Positions 30,050-41,603 of a stretch of 64,000 bases of DNA are shown here, in pieces; position 1 is the first letter of the stretch; each line of letters starts with the position of its first letter. Both the position numbers and the translations under genes were made by a program. The stretch covers positions 21,018,001-21,082,000 of the forward strand of contig CM052816.1 of the NCBI GenBank assembly GCA_028534125.1. Direction: 5' to 3'. This DNA is from Lama glama. Taxonomy: Eukaryota. Below the pieces are notes generated by a model. It did not search any database, was not told where the DNA came from, and saw only the letters and a program-made list of their open reading frames with translations.

Positions 30050-30905
30050 GTTTATAAACACTGTGCTCTCTACACTTCTTCAACTCTTACTTCGCCCCTT
30101 TTGTGTAATTTCTGTTTTGTATTTTAGGGTCCAAAGCTACTCTTCTTTAAAAGTCTGGTCCCATCAGTCCAGGTCTTATTTTCTGATTACAGAAAATCTG
30201 AACTGGCTGGCCATGGGTCCTTCTGCATAGATGAAAATTCGCCCTGCTTCAACAGAAATCTCAAACACATCCTTTTTGTTAATCTTGGTGCCTTGGGCTT
30301 TTATTGTTTCATTAAACTAGGTTTTTCTTCCAGTTCTGCCTCTGTTCCTGGGCGAACTTGGGCACATCATCAGGTCCTGAGTGCCAGCGTTGCCCATCTC
30401 TGACACCTCACTCAAGTTCTTAACATGGAGTGTTAAGAGCCAGGGCCATAGCTGGTGAACTTGCTGAGGTTAGTCACTAAGTGTACTAAACTTTTGCCTT
30501 TAGCCTAGTGGTGTGTTTCTTTAAAAAAATTAATTCCCACTGCATTTTCCTGATTGAGAAGTTAACACATTGTTATTGTTAGGCAGTACTGTTTTTTCCA
30601 TAGTATACAAAATGAATCCTTCCCTTCAAAAGTGTGAATTCCAGGCTGCCAAAATTTCCATTTCAGACATTTAATAGTATACATAGAAAAATAAACTCTA
30701 AGTTCACAAGTTAAGTTATGCTTACCTACATATCAATATTCTAAGAAGGAACGGAGACCAATTTAAAGCATACATCTGTCTTTAAATATTAAAAACACAA
30801 GATTGCTTCACTTAAGCGTCTCCAGCCAAATGCAGTATGTCAGTATTCCATAGAACGGAGCATTGTTGTAGGCGAGCGCTGTCCTCTTTTCCCCTGGTGT
30901 GTACA

Positions 30906-30942
30906 TCATTCCTGGGCCACACTTAGGGAACAGCGTCTTTTT
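30906..30942 (-). CDS. LEAP2: LEAP2 exon 3 (KRRCSLSVAQE*)
   Basis: ttccctcag acceptor; total CDS 234 nt = 77 aa preproprotein of liver-expressed antimicrobial peptide 2 (GHSR antagonist). Confidence 0.96.
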
Positions 30943-31262
30943 CTGAGGGAAAAGAAAAGGTGGTTTTTAAGACAAAGATCTAGCAGTGCCCAGAGCACCC
31001 TCTGCTGCATTTCCTTCCTCTGCTTGATATCCAGGCTCAGGTTAGAGTGAAGAAAGGAAAGGCGCTGCTTTTTCATGGTACTTGTGTGGAGCTGTTCTTG
31101 GCTGTTAATTCTTGAGGGATTCTCCTCCATGGAGTTCCCAGCTTTAGCCCAGGCAGTCCTCTAGCCCAGTTTTATTCTTAGGCCTGTGTGTGTGTTGATG
31201 GCCCCTTTGCCCAGCCTCCCAGGCCTCTTGGGCCCAGCCCTGCTCCCAGGTTTGTGGAGTAC

Positions 31263-31402
31263 CTGCATAGCTTTGTGATGCACTCACAGTCGTCCCGGCA
31301 AGAAGCTCCAATGGGCCTGAGGGAAACCCCTCTCCAAAATGGGGTCATTCTCCTTGGCCTTCTCTTTGCTGAACTCAGTTCTGGTATTGGGGAGCCACCT
31401 AC
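31263..31402 (-). CDS. LEAP2: LEAP2 exon 2 ([18 protein letters not shown]|[28 protein letters not shown])
   Basis: ccctacag acceptor, gtact donor; furin-type RPRR site and the mature N-terminus MTPFWR; 140 bp. Confidence 0.97.
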
Positions 31403-31603
31403 CTGTAGGGCAAAAACATTCACCTCAGACATACAAGAGCTGACCCCCTGCTGTGCACTTGGAAGAACCCCACCTCCCCCCATGCTATAGACCCAGAGCA
31501 GAAGGACCATTCCTCAGGACTGAATCTGGCTCTCTGAAGTTCTGCCTACAATTCCACCACCACCACCATCCCCACAACCCCAACATATGTATCCTTTCCT
31601 TAC

Positions 31604-31660
31604 CTGGCCTAACAGCAACAGGCAGATCGTAAGTACTGCAAAGAGTTTGAGGTGCCACAT
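31604..31660 (-). CDS. LEAP2: LEAP2 exon 1 coding part (signal peptide MWHLKLFAVLTICLLLLGQ)
   Basis: ATG at 31660, donor CAG|gtaagg; 57 bp. Confidence 0.96.
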
Positions 31661-31707
31661 CTTGACGGGATATTGAAGCCTGAAAGCTGGGGACAGTTTC
31701 CGCATCC

Positions 31708-31870
31708 TTTTATAGACAAACCCGCCTCTTTTATGGTTGCCAGGTGAGATGGGGGCAAAGTTTATATTTACAGTCATGGTCAATTTAATGAGTTAATGTC
31801 TACCAGAGGAATCTGCTCAAGGCCTGTCTTTCAGGCACGTTGTATTTACCGATCCCTCATCTGGACTTTG
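31708..31870 (-). promoter_or_regulatory. LEAP2: LEAP2 proximal promoter: TATA box and HNF4-type/forkhead-type motifs
   Basis: TATAAAA on - at 31708-31714, ~50 nt upstream of the ATG; CAAAGTCCA (TGGACTTTG on +) at 31862-31870; GGGGCAAAGTTTA DR1-like at ~31752; TATTTAC motifs. Confidence 0.6.
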
Positions 31871-34800
31871 AGTGACTGTGTTGCTGGCTTGGATCTTTTC
31901 ACTCATTTTACCAAGTCAGCACTGCCTCCTCCCCTTTGAAAAGCCACGTGAAGTCATTGAGGGAGACCAGGCACCTAGCCACATTTTGATTCCAAAATAG
32001 TTCAGTGAAATCATTCTATAATCAAAATACAATTCAAATATTGAGGTCTTCAGAAATAATGTTGACCCCTTTCATCTTTGTCTAGAAAAGAAGTGCAGAT
32101 ACATTTTGTTACAGGCAGTGGGGTGAGGCCCTTATCTCCCTTCTGTGGGAGGATGCTTCAGCAAGCAGTGGTCTGCAGTGCCCTAGACCCCCGTTTATAT
32201 GGATGGACTGTCATCCTAGTTATCTGTTCCACATCATCTCCCTAGAAGAGTGGAAACCCTGCTGCAGAAAGTTCAAAGTCTGTCCTACCTGCCACCTCCT
32301 GGGGGAAAAGAAATCAGGACTGACTGATGTTTCAGTCATGGGTGAAGTGAATGAATGACTACTGGTTGGCTTTGTTTCCTTTTTTAAAATAAAATGTGAA
32401 TGAGGAGACAGCAGGGGCTCCTAAAGCAGTGGGAGAGATTGGTGGTGGTGGTGACAAATGTTGCAAACCTGGAATTGTGAGCCTTTCTGCCAGCAGCTGA
32501 CTGGGCTTTTTACAGAGGACATCCTTCCAGCAGCCTGAGGGAAGCAGGCATAGGGCTGAGATCTCTCCAGAGCTCAAAAACATCCACCAGCTTAAGTGGG
32601 AACTGCTGCAGGATTCTAGACCAAGAAAGGGCATGTACCTAAACCATGAGTAGTTATGGTACTCATTAAATGACAGACATTTAAATAAATTTATGGGGAA
32701 AGGTGTGAATACTGAGTAAGGAGATTTATAGGACTTTAGATCTGCCAGTGACCTGGAAGGAAAAGCCAAGAAAACAAATGCAACAAGATTCTTTTTGTGC
32801 CTAGTGTCTCCCTGAACACTTGGCTGATACCTCTTTGCAAAGCCCTTCTCAGCTTCAGAGTTTGGATGTGTGGTAAGAGACTGCCTGTTCCCCAAGGGAA
32901 AGTGGAGGAGGTGCAGCACAGCTGGAGGTGGAATGGGATGGTCACCAGTCCTCTTGCCAAGGGAGAAGAGGGTGGTATGGTGGACATCGAAGCTGAGATT
33001 GGGTGGGATGTGATGCTGCAGATCTGTCTGCCTGATTCCAGTCCTCTCAGGAACATGGAACCTGGCCTGGAGGGAGACACCACTGCTTGCACATATGGAT
33101 CACTGAGAAACAGAACTATGTCAAACTCACTTAACCAATCCTGCAAGTCTGAGACTAGCTAGCTGCTCTTCCCTTTCTTTACTCCTGGCTCAGACACAGA
33201 ATGACCCCAAGTAGGGGCTTAATTAAGTACTGTTGTGGGGTGGGGAAGAGGCTGCGTGGTGACCTAGTGAACATTGGGTAAGAACACAAATCCGATTAGG
33301 TAAGCAAAAGACTGAACAACGTGATGTCCTAGAGCCAGCTGGATTTGTGGACTCGGTGCCAGCCTCCCCTCAACAAGCCTGGAGTTGATGTGCCAAATGG
33401 GATTTGGAACCTGCTCATTCCAAAGAGATACCTTCTCATGAGCCTCCATTTCTGCCTTCCTGTACTTCAAGCAAAATCAAAGTAGCCTTTTGTGTGAACA
33501 TAAGCCAATACCACAGCCGAGGGAAGGGTCTGCTCTGAGACCCCTCTGTGAGGGGAAAAAAGGACCATTCAGTGTGGGTGTGACAACACTGCAGAAGCCT
33601 TTGTGGCTCGAGCCTCTCTCTGCCTTGTGTGCTATCCCTCCTACCAGAAGAAAAGATCCATTAGTTACTGCCTGTGGAAGGAATCACCGTGAGGGAAAGA
33701 ATTTCAACATATGTCCACACTAACTCTGTAGTTGTTTTATTTAAGTATGGAGCAAAAATCAAACCTTTAAAAGCAAAGTGGCATCCAGACAGCTTTAAGT
33801 TGAAGTGATAGCAATTGTCCACAGCCATCCCACATCCTTGAGCAGACTTGTGAAGGCCTATTCCTGAAATTAAAAAAAATTTTTTTTTTAAATCCAGGCA
33901 CTCTCTGCATTCAAGTACTTTGCTGAGTAAATCGATTTAAAACTACATGTTCCACCCTCCAGCAGAAAGGTCTCAGCAGCCTTTAATAGTTTGAGCCATA
34001 AGGAGAAAGAGTGCTTAGCTGGAAGGCAGGAGCCAGGGGCCTAGGTAGGGTAACTGACCAGGCCAGCCCTTCCCCTCTTTGGGCTTTAGTTTCTTGTTCT
34101 GTCGTGAGACAGGAGGATCTCTAAGGCCTCTCAGAACTCAACATGTTGGGGTTCAAGTGATTAATTTACAAGAAGTAAATGACTGAACACATTTGACAGC
34201 TTATACCTTGGTAACTCTTAATACAGCTCCCAGGGATTTTCTGTTTCTGAGATTAAGTGCCTAGAATGAAATGGGAGACAGAGGGCTTAGCTACATGAGC
34301 AGCTGTTTGAAACACATTCTAGGTGGACAGAAGATCACTAGGGCACAACAGTAACTGGAAACTTTTTTGCTATCCCTGAGCAGAAGGTACCTAATGAAAA
34401 ATGAAAGACTCTGAAATGGAAAAACTTCCAGGTAAAACTTCAGCAAAGGGTCAAAGTGTATTTGCTCTTTTGCTGGCTAGAACTGTCATGGACTTCTGGG
34501 CCTGCATCTCTGGGACTGTGGGCTGACTGGAGTCCCCTTTGCTGCATTCTGCAGCCCAGAGAGGAAAGCCCTGGGGGAGCAGAAGCACCGCTGGGGAAAA
34601 GGGCTAAAGGAACACGGGATTGTGCCCCAGCAGTAGGTGAAGGAGCATACCCCGGCTGGAGGCTCCAGGTGGGTGGATTACAGGCAGAGGCCACAGCAGT
34701 GGTCTCTCTTCCTTAAGAGACTTCACCCACTTTCCTTTTTATGGATTTCTACAGATAGAATAGTCCATAAAATGACCCCAAATCCCACATCACATACGAG

Positions 34801-35931
34801 AGAATTGAGCTATGACAACTCATATTCCACACCCACCAGCACCCTGCTGCACAGAGCTCTGTGTCCCCAAGTTTAAAGAGGAAAGCCCTTTGGAAGGAGA
34901 CAGGCTTAAAGCACCCTTTAACAATTTTATCCCAAAGCAGAAGCTCAGCACATGAAAGGGCTTAGAGAACCCCTCCTCAGTAAAGCACACCTGGAATAAA
35001 AGGATTCAGACCAACAGGCTCAGTGACTGGTCTGGACTGAGGAAGAGTAAGTTGGATTTTGAGCTGGTATCTCAAAAGGACTCATAGAACCAGGAATAAA
35101 AGTCTAAGGGTAAAATGAAGCCAAGATGGGAGATGGTGGCCATCGCCCCTAGGAAGCTTGGGGCCAAAATCAGAGGGGAAAAATTCAGATTAATGTCCTG
35201 TTAAGGCAATCATCGATCTTCCCCTGGCCGTGAGCCTGTTCAAACAATACAAAGTTTAGGAAGGGTACATTCACAGCTTCTTCAGGTCCACAGCTTTCAT
35301 TAGATTCTCAAAGGCGTCTATGTCCCCAAAACACCGCAGTTCAAGCAGCAAGCCCTGGGAATAAACTTGGACAAACAGCCAAACTGGAAAATTAGACTAT
35401 GTTTGGTGAGGCAAGAGTTTTCATCACACCACTGTCCTGTGTTAAGCTTGCACCATCCTGCCGGACTCTTCCATATCAGTCATTTCACTGTTACCTCAGC
35501 CCTAAGGCTCTGTATTAACACATCTATTTTATGGGTGAGCAGTTCAAAGCTAAGGAATGTGGATTTCTTGCCTGCATCACACAGTGAGGAAGCAACAAAG
35601 GATATGGGCCCAAGTCTGTCCACCTCAGCCTCACCTCCTTACCCTGTGTCACAATGCAATCTATCTTTGCCGACTTTTGTTTTGAGGTATTTTAATTTTG
35701 ATTCCTAAAAGGCAGGAGCAATCATTAGAATAAATGCAGATATACTCTGGGCCAGAAGCTGAGCTCACTGTAAAAGTTGCTGCTCTGGACCAAGTGTCCT
35801 TAGAAGAGAAGTTTCTAGAACTAGAGCAGGGAACCAGAAGCATACAACTGCCAACACTTATCCCCACCACCTCCTGGTGTATGGAACAGGGTACCTTTTT
35901 CCACCACAAAGATTATTCAAAGGCTCTAAAA

Positions 35932-36051
35932 CAGGGGTAAACTTTCTCCATAAAGGGCCAGAGAGTAAATATTTTAAGCTTTATGTGCCACACATGATTG
36001 AAAACCACCGTTAGCAACCTGGTACAAACACAGCCAGTTTGCTGACCCTAG
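35932..36051 (+). mobile_element. MER58-like element, internally deleted
   Basis: caggggtaaactt...aagggccagagagtaaatatttt...agtttgctgaccc; flanked by tcta-type target sequence. Confidence 0.6.
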
Positions 36052-36139
36052 TTCTAGAGGCAAAGGAGTCACCTCACTCCTTCCTCTGACAGCCGACTTC
36101 CTCCCAGGCTAAGGCAGGCTTGCCTTAGGAGGAAAGGTG

Positions 36140-36330
36140 GTACAGCATAGCTCTCACAGCACGAACTTGCTTGCCAGACTCTACCATTCACTGGCTGTAT
36201 AATTCTAAGCAAATTACTTATCCTCTCTATACCTGTGTCCTTATTTGCAAAATAAGTGTAACAGTGATACTTACTTCAAGAGGTAGCTGTGAGGTTTAAA
36301 ACACTTTTATTTGTGTAAAGGGCTAAGAAA
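36140..36330 (+). repeat. MIR SINE fossil
   Basis: gcaaattacttatcctctct...gctgtgaggtttaaa core. Confidence 0.55.
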
Positions 36331-36710
36331 AATAATTACATAATGACAATACAGTTACTAGATTTTATTGTCATTATGGCAGTGGAGGCCGGGAGCCAAC
36401 ATTCCCTACAATTCATGCCATCCACAGGAGTAGCTGCAGCTACTGTTTTGTAGATTACAGAACAAGGGGTGAGCCACAATCCTTCACCAAACTCAGAGAC
36501 TGGCCAAAATTGTTCAGGCCTCATGCTGGAGAGGGGAGTTTATGAACTTGAAAATTAGCAGACACATCCAAGGACTCTGCTCATAAAAATGCAAAATCAC
36601 AACAGTGTAGCCCATAATAAGTTTATTGTGTCTTCAGGACACTACAATGTAGACTCCTCTCCCAGAGAAGGGTCGTTCAGAGACAAGGAACCATTATCCA
36701 GATGAGCTGC

Positions 36711-36805
36711 TCATTTGTCATTTTCATAGGTAGCTGGATTCTTCCTTTTCGATCTCTCAAACTCTTGGGTTCCCCACGTGTAGAGAAGATAAAACGCTAC
36801 AAATG
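36711..36805 (-). CDS. UQCRQ: UQCRQ last coding exon ([30 protein letters not shown])
   Basis: ttttatag acceptor; total CDS 249 nt = 82 aa; AATAAA on - at 36622-36627. Confidence 0.97.
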
Positions 36806-37379
36806 CTATAAAAATAAAAAACGAGAGTAAGCAGTGAGCACATATAAGGCACATGGGTCCCAGTCCTCATTTCTGACTCAGCATATTCTGCCCTCCTGTC
36901 TCTAGTTTTTAAGAAAGCACTCTTAAACCAGATCAGGAAAGGCTACATTACACACACATTTAACAGGTGGCCAAAAGAAAGGAGTTCACCCAGGAAAATT
37001 TGTGACCAAATCTTCCCTCTCTCTCCCCTGTTGCACATTTTAAAGTACTTTAATGAGATAACAGATCAAGTTCACGTAAGATAAACATCATTTAACCATT
37101 TTGAAATGTACACTTCTGTGAATATTGTTTCAGCAAATTCACAATATTGTGCAACTCGCATCACCATCTGTTGCACATTTAACACAAAACAGTTCATCTC
37201 TAAGAAAGAAGTGGGTAAAGATGACCTCAGATGGAGACGATGGAGTCACGTAAGTGACCTTGGGCCAGTCCTTTAAGTTCTCCGTGACTCACTTCCCTCA
37301 TCTGTAGGATAGGGAGGATGCTATGACCAGTTCAAGGGCCTTCAAGAATATCCAGTGAGAAAACGTGTGCATGGCAAGC

Positions 37380-38340
37380 TGCAGGGCGCCCGCCCGTCGC
37401 AGAGCGCTCACTGAGGGGACCCGCCGTTCCCACGGTGGATGGACGTCCAGACCCCCGCCTAGCCAGGGAACTCACGCGGCGCGACCCTAAGGATGCACGC
37501 CCGAGTGCGGCGCAGCACGTTGGGGATGCCCTTGCTGAAGTAGTTCGGAAAGGCGCGCTGCTCGAAGGGCGACAAGCTGTAGGTGATCACATGCCGCATC
37601 CGCGTCAGGTGCCCAAACTCGCGGCCCATGGTCGCAGCGGCGCCTGCAGTATGGAGGGAGGACAGACGCTGGGCTCAAGCCCGGGACGCGCCGCCCCCAA
37701 CCCGAGACCCTCCCCGGCGTCCCCCGTTTCTCCCAGCCTAGGCGGCGCCCCCACCCTCCCGAGGCCACCGAGATCGGGCGGCAGAACCTCACCCCCGCAC
37801 CGAGGTCACCTCGCCCTCCACAGTACGTGATCCACCGGCCTCAGCCCGCCACTTCCGGTAGGGCCGGGCGTCGCGTTAGGAGGTGGTGACGTCACTTCCG
37901 GGAGAGCAATTTCCCGGCAGTCTCCAGGGGGAGGCGCCGTTTCCTCCGTGCGGGAGAGAAGTGCCCCGGACAGGTGACGTGTGGTGGGCGGTGCTTGGGC
38001 AGGGGGTGGGGCCTAGCACGATTGGCGGGCACTGGGACGGGGGTACCCCCAGAGCCCCTCTAGCTTCTCTTTGGGTCTCCCCCTTTCTGAGGAGCCGCTG
38101 GAGGCGGCCAGAGCTGGGCGGGACCAAGAGGTGAAGAGCAAGGTGACTGCTAACTTCGAGGGTCGAGACAGCCGCGCGTTGAAGGCCGGTGCCCTCCCGC
38201 GGTGGAGAGCGCCCCGGAGGCTGGAGGAGGTGCCGCCTGGCAGCCGACACGAGGTTTTATACGGCCCTGTCCAGTGGCTGGAACTGGGATCGGTTATGTT
38301 CAGACCATCAGCGACCCCAGGACCCGAGTCAAGGACACGG
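37380..38340. promoter_or_regulatory. UQCRQ: CpG island / UQCRQ promoter, head-to-head with GDF9
   Basis: GC/CpG-rich; ETS site ACTTCCGG at 37851, CRE-ETS composite at 37886-37901, GC boxes, ATTGG at 38021; probable non-coding exon 1 donor near 37809. Confidence 0.85.
37476..37629 (-). CDS. UQCRQ: UQCRQ first coding exon ([51 protein letters not shown])
   Basis: Recognisable complex III subunit 8 (QCR8) sequence; donor C|gtgag; 154 bp; absent from the ORF track. Confidence 0.97.
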
Positions 38341-39955
38341 ATCTGGGGCTTCTCTTGGCAGCCACCGGATTACAGTGGCAGAGTATAGACTTTTCCAGGA
38401 GAGATTAAAACGTTTCCTCAAATCCAGCCACAACAGACTTCACATAATTGTCCAGCAACTGCTGAACAACTGTTAGTGGTGGGAGGAGGGAAGGAAGAGG
38501 CGACCTTCACAGCAGCCAGCTCTCCCCTCTCCACGACAGGGCTTGGCCAGGGACGGGCTGTCAGGTTGCCCACAATTCGCTCCACTTCCCAGGGAGGGAG
38601 GCAGGAACGTGTGTAAGGCGGTATCATTTTTGGGAAAGTGCTTTCTACTTAAGAATGCTGCTGTCCTGTGCAGCTGACTGACTTTCCCACTTGATGCAGC
38701 ATGTCTGTACATGTTTTGTTCATGGAATTGCAAACCGTATGTAATCTAGATCCAAGTTTGCATTCAACAGTTTGAGTGTGTTTTATAACCCTGCTTACCA
38801 GTGACCGGCTAGGGGAAGCTTGGCAGGCAATGAACTTAAAATTTACAAATATACCTTAGTTTTATCAGCCCAGGCCCTGCATAGACTGGTTCTGTATCTT
38901 GTACTGTGAGTGTAGGTTGACTTTCTCTCAGAAAACAGTCTCCTTAGGGGTGGCACTGGATATCCTCTCATTTCAGCTATCCAAGGTGCACCCTTGTCTC
39001 ATTTTTCTGAAACATAATCTCTAACCTGACCTCCGCTCAGAGGCAGAAACATAAATACTTACAAGAGTTAAGAACAAAAATACCCTAGCAAATTCTACCA
39101 CCATTTGAGTGATGAATGAAAAACAAATAAAACTTTATTTTCTAGCACCTGCAAAGACGTATAGAATAGACCTTTCAAGCAAAGTTTGTGTAGGCAAATG
39201 TGCAGACCAAAGTGAAGGCATCAAGGTGTTATAAAATGAGTCAAGATTAAAGGTGACGTCCTCCTTTTTAAGGCATGTTGCAGTAATCCAAGTACATATC
39301 CTTATTAAGCTACCTCAGAGAACTATGCAACTTAGCAGTTTTCTGCTTTCTGGAATTTCAATGCCAATTGCGACTTTCTCTCACCCTCCAAATCAGCATG
39401 CAGTAAATAATTATTCTAAGCACCTGAAAATGGGAGCAGTGGGGAGGATAAAGAAGAGTAAACCCAATACCGTAAATTGCATACCCACAGATCTGCCAAA
39501 CATTGTGAATAATTAGCTTTTCCATATGCCTTGGAAGTTTCAGCAAGTACCTAAGGAACATTTTAAGAATCCTACTTGCTCTGAAAAAATGAGTGGTTTT
39601 ATTTTAAGATCACTCCTCAATTTCTCTTAGCCTTTCAGCTACATGATTAGACCATTAGTATAATGATAACTTAAGACATTTTAAATAAATGCCAGGGAAA
39701 AGGAAGAGGAAAGCTAAATAACCAAATATATCCACGTGTAAGGAGGACAAATTGGATAAATAGGGTTCTGTCAGGTGTTTGACATATAGCTGATAGAACT
39801 ATCTTCAGCTGGACATCCTTGAGGTCTGATTACAGAAGTGAACCTAGCCCACCCACACACCTAAATTTTATTTAAGAGACCAACCGAGGCTCTTCCTGGT
39901 TTGTAGGAGGAAGACTGGTATGGGGAAATGTGCTCCTTGCTAATTCTTCCAAGCC

Positions 39956-40352
39956 ATGGCACTTCCCAGCAAATTCTTCCTTTGGTTTTGCTGCTTTGCT
40001 TGGCTCTATTTTCCTATTAGCCTTGGTTCTCAGGCTTCTAGCGGAGAAGCTCAGATTGCCGCTAGTGCTGCATTGGAATCTGAGGCTCAGCCTTGGTCTT
40101 TGCTACAGCCTCTAGATGAGAGGCACAGATCTGGCCTCCTTTCCCCTCTCTTAAAAGTTCTCTATGATGGGCCAGATGGGGCCCCTAGGCTGCAGCCAGA
40201 AGCCAGAGCTTTGCGCTACATGAAGAGGCTCTATAAGGCATATGCTACCAAGGAGGGGATCCCCAAATCCAACAGAAGTCCCCTCTACAACACTATTCGG
40301 CTCTTCACCCCCTGTGCCCAGCACAAGCAGGCTCCTGGGGACCAGGCAACAG
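39956..40352 (+). CDS. GDF9: GDF9 exon 1 (signal peptide and prodomain start), 397 bp
   Basis: Kozak gccATGG; MALPSKFFLWFCCFAWL...LYNTIRLFTPC; donor AG|gtgtgt. Confidence 0.97.
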
Positions 40353-41094
40353 GTGTGTAGGAGCAGATTGGGTAATGGGTGGAGGGAAGATGATAGACCT
40401 TCTCCTTTCTATTACAGAAAGGAGCTGTGTTTTGCACCTTGAACGGCATTTACTTTGCAATTATTCAATATCAAAATCCAAGCAAATCTGGTACTTGAAC
40501 TTACTATTTCCTCCTTATGTACTCATGAGTTACAGTGGGTTAATATGATAGAATTTTAGAGCTAGAAGAGACTTAATGGCTCAGTAGGCTGATGAAAGTG
40601 CTGCTAGGGTTAGTGTCTTGTCCAGGGTCACAAAATCAAGACTGGAAACCAGGCATTTTGACTTCCAGTTGCTTATTCTTCCCATTCTACCAATGCTGGA
40701 CTGGAAATGAGCCTAAAATGCCTTTTACAGCTATTGGTGTGCTTTATGAAACAGCATGTTTTCTCTGTAGTTTTTGCTGTGAGTGGAAAGCTTAAGTCCC
40801 CATGTAGAACAGTGGATCTTTATAAGAACACAGTGTTAGCTCACAGTCTTGGGTGTGTGAGAGAAGGGAGCAGCACTATAAAAAACAAAAACAATATTCA
40901 CTAGCTCCTGACTTCTAACCCAGCAGGTCAGTTGTGGCTCCTTAAAACCCTTCTTTGATGTCCTATTTTATTATAGTGGGTTTTTGAGCGTCTGTTGTCA
41001 GTCTCAAGTGTTCCCAATTAACATAGACAGTAAGTTTTCTTTATTGACTCTTTCAATAAGGACTTAGAATGCCTTAACAAGCCTGGTAAGTGTT

Positions 41095-41232
41095 TTTTCT
41101 TTTTTTCCCTAAGTTTTTAGGTGGGGAGGTAATTAGGTTTTTAATTTATTTTTTAATGGAGGTCCTGGGACTTGAATCTAGGACCACATGCATGCTAAGC
41201 ACACACTCTACCACTGAGCTATACCCTCCCCC
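41095..41232 (-). mobile_element. tRNA-derived SINE (Vic-1-like) in the GDF9 intron
   Basis: Reverse complement of the same consensus; TSD taagtgttt. Confidence 0.85.
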
Positions 41233-41603
41233 TGCCACTAAGTGTTTGTTTTAGTGTAGTTTTCCCTTTACAGACTCTCCAAGAGAAAAATAATGCTTTC
41301 CTTTTTAGCATTCCCTGTGTTTGGAGCAAATTATTTAGATTCTGAAACTTCAGAATGTAGAGACCCCTGTTTTAATTTATCACCAAAGTGGCTCTGACTT
41401 CCCGGTGATAAAGTACCCAGCTGTAAGTGCTGATTATCTGCTTTTTCTTCATAACTCCCATCTCACCCCCGCTTTTGTTTTGAGGCTTGAGAAAGTGGGA
41501 AAAGAGGGGCAAAAGCACATACTGAGGTACTAACTCCTTGATTTGACTTCCTGCTGTGTTCGATTTGTATTGAGCACTACTGGTGGATTGTTTTTCTTCT
41601 CAG

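Noticed and set aside
32359-33162. Overlapping 121-186 aa ORFs upstream of LEAP2
   Set aside because: No recognisable protein, domain or convincing exon structure; treated as chance ORFs.
37435-38476. Several ~70-130 aa ORFs around UQCRQ
   Set aside because: CpG-island stop depletion; the true UQCRQ frame is 37629-37476.
41543-41603. N-terminal extension of the 340-aa GDF9 ORF
   Set aside because: Intronic read-through upstream of the exon 2 acceptor at 41603.
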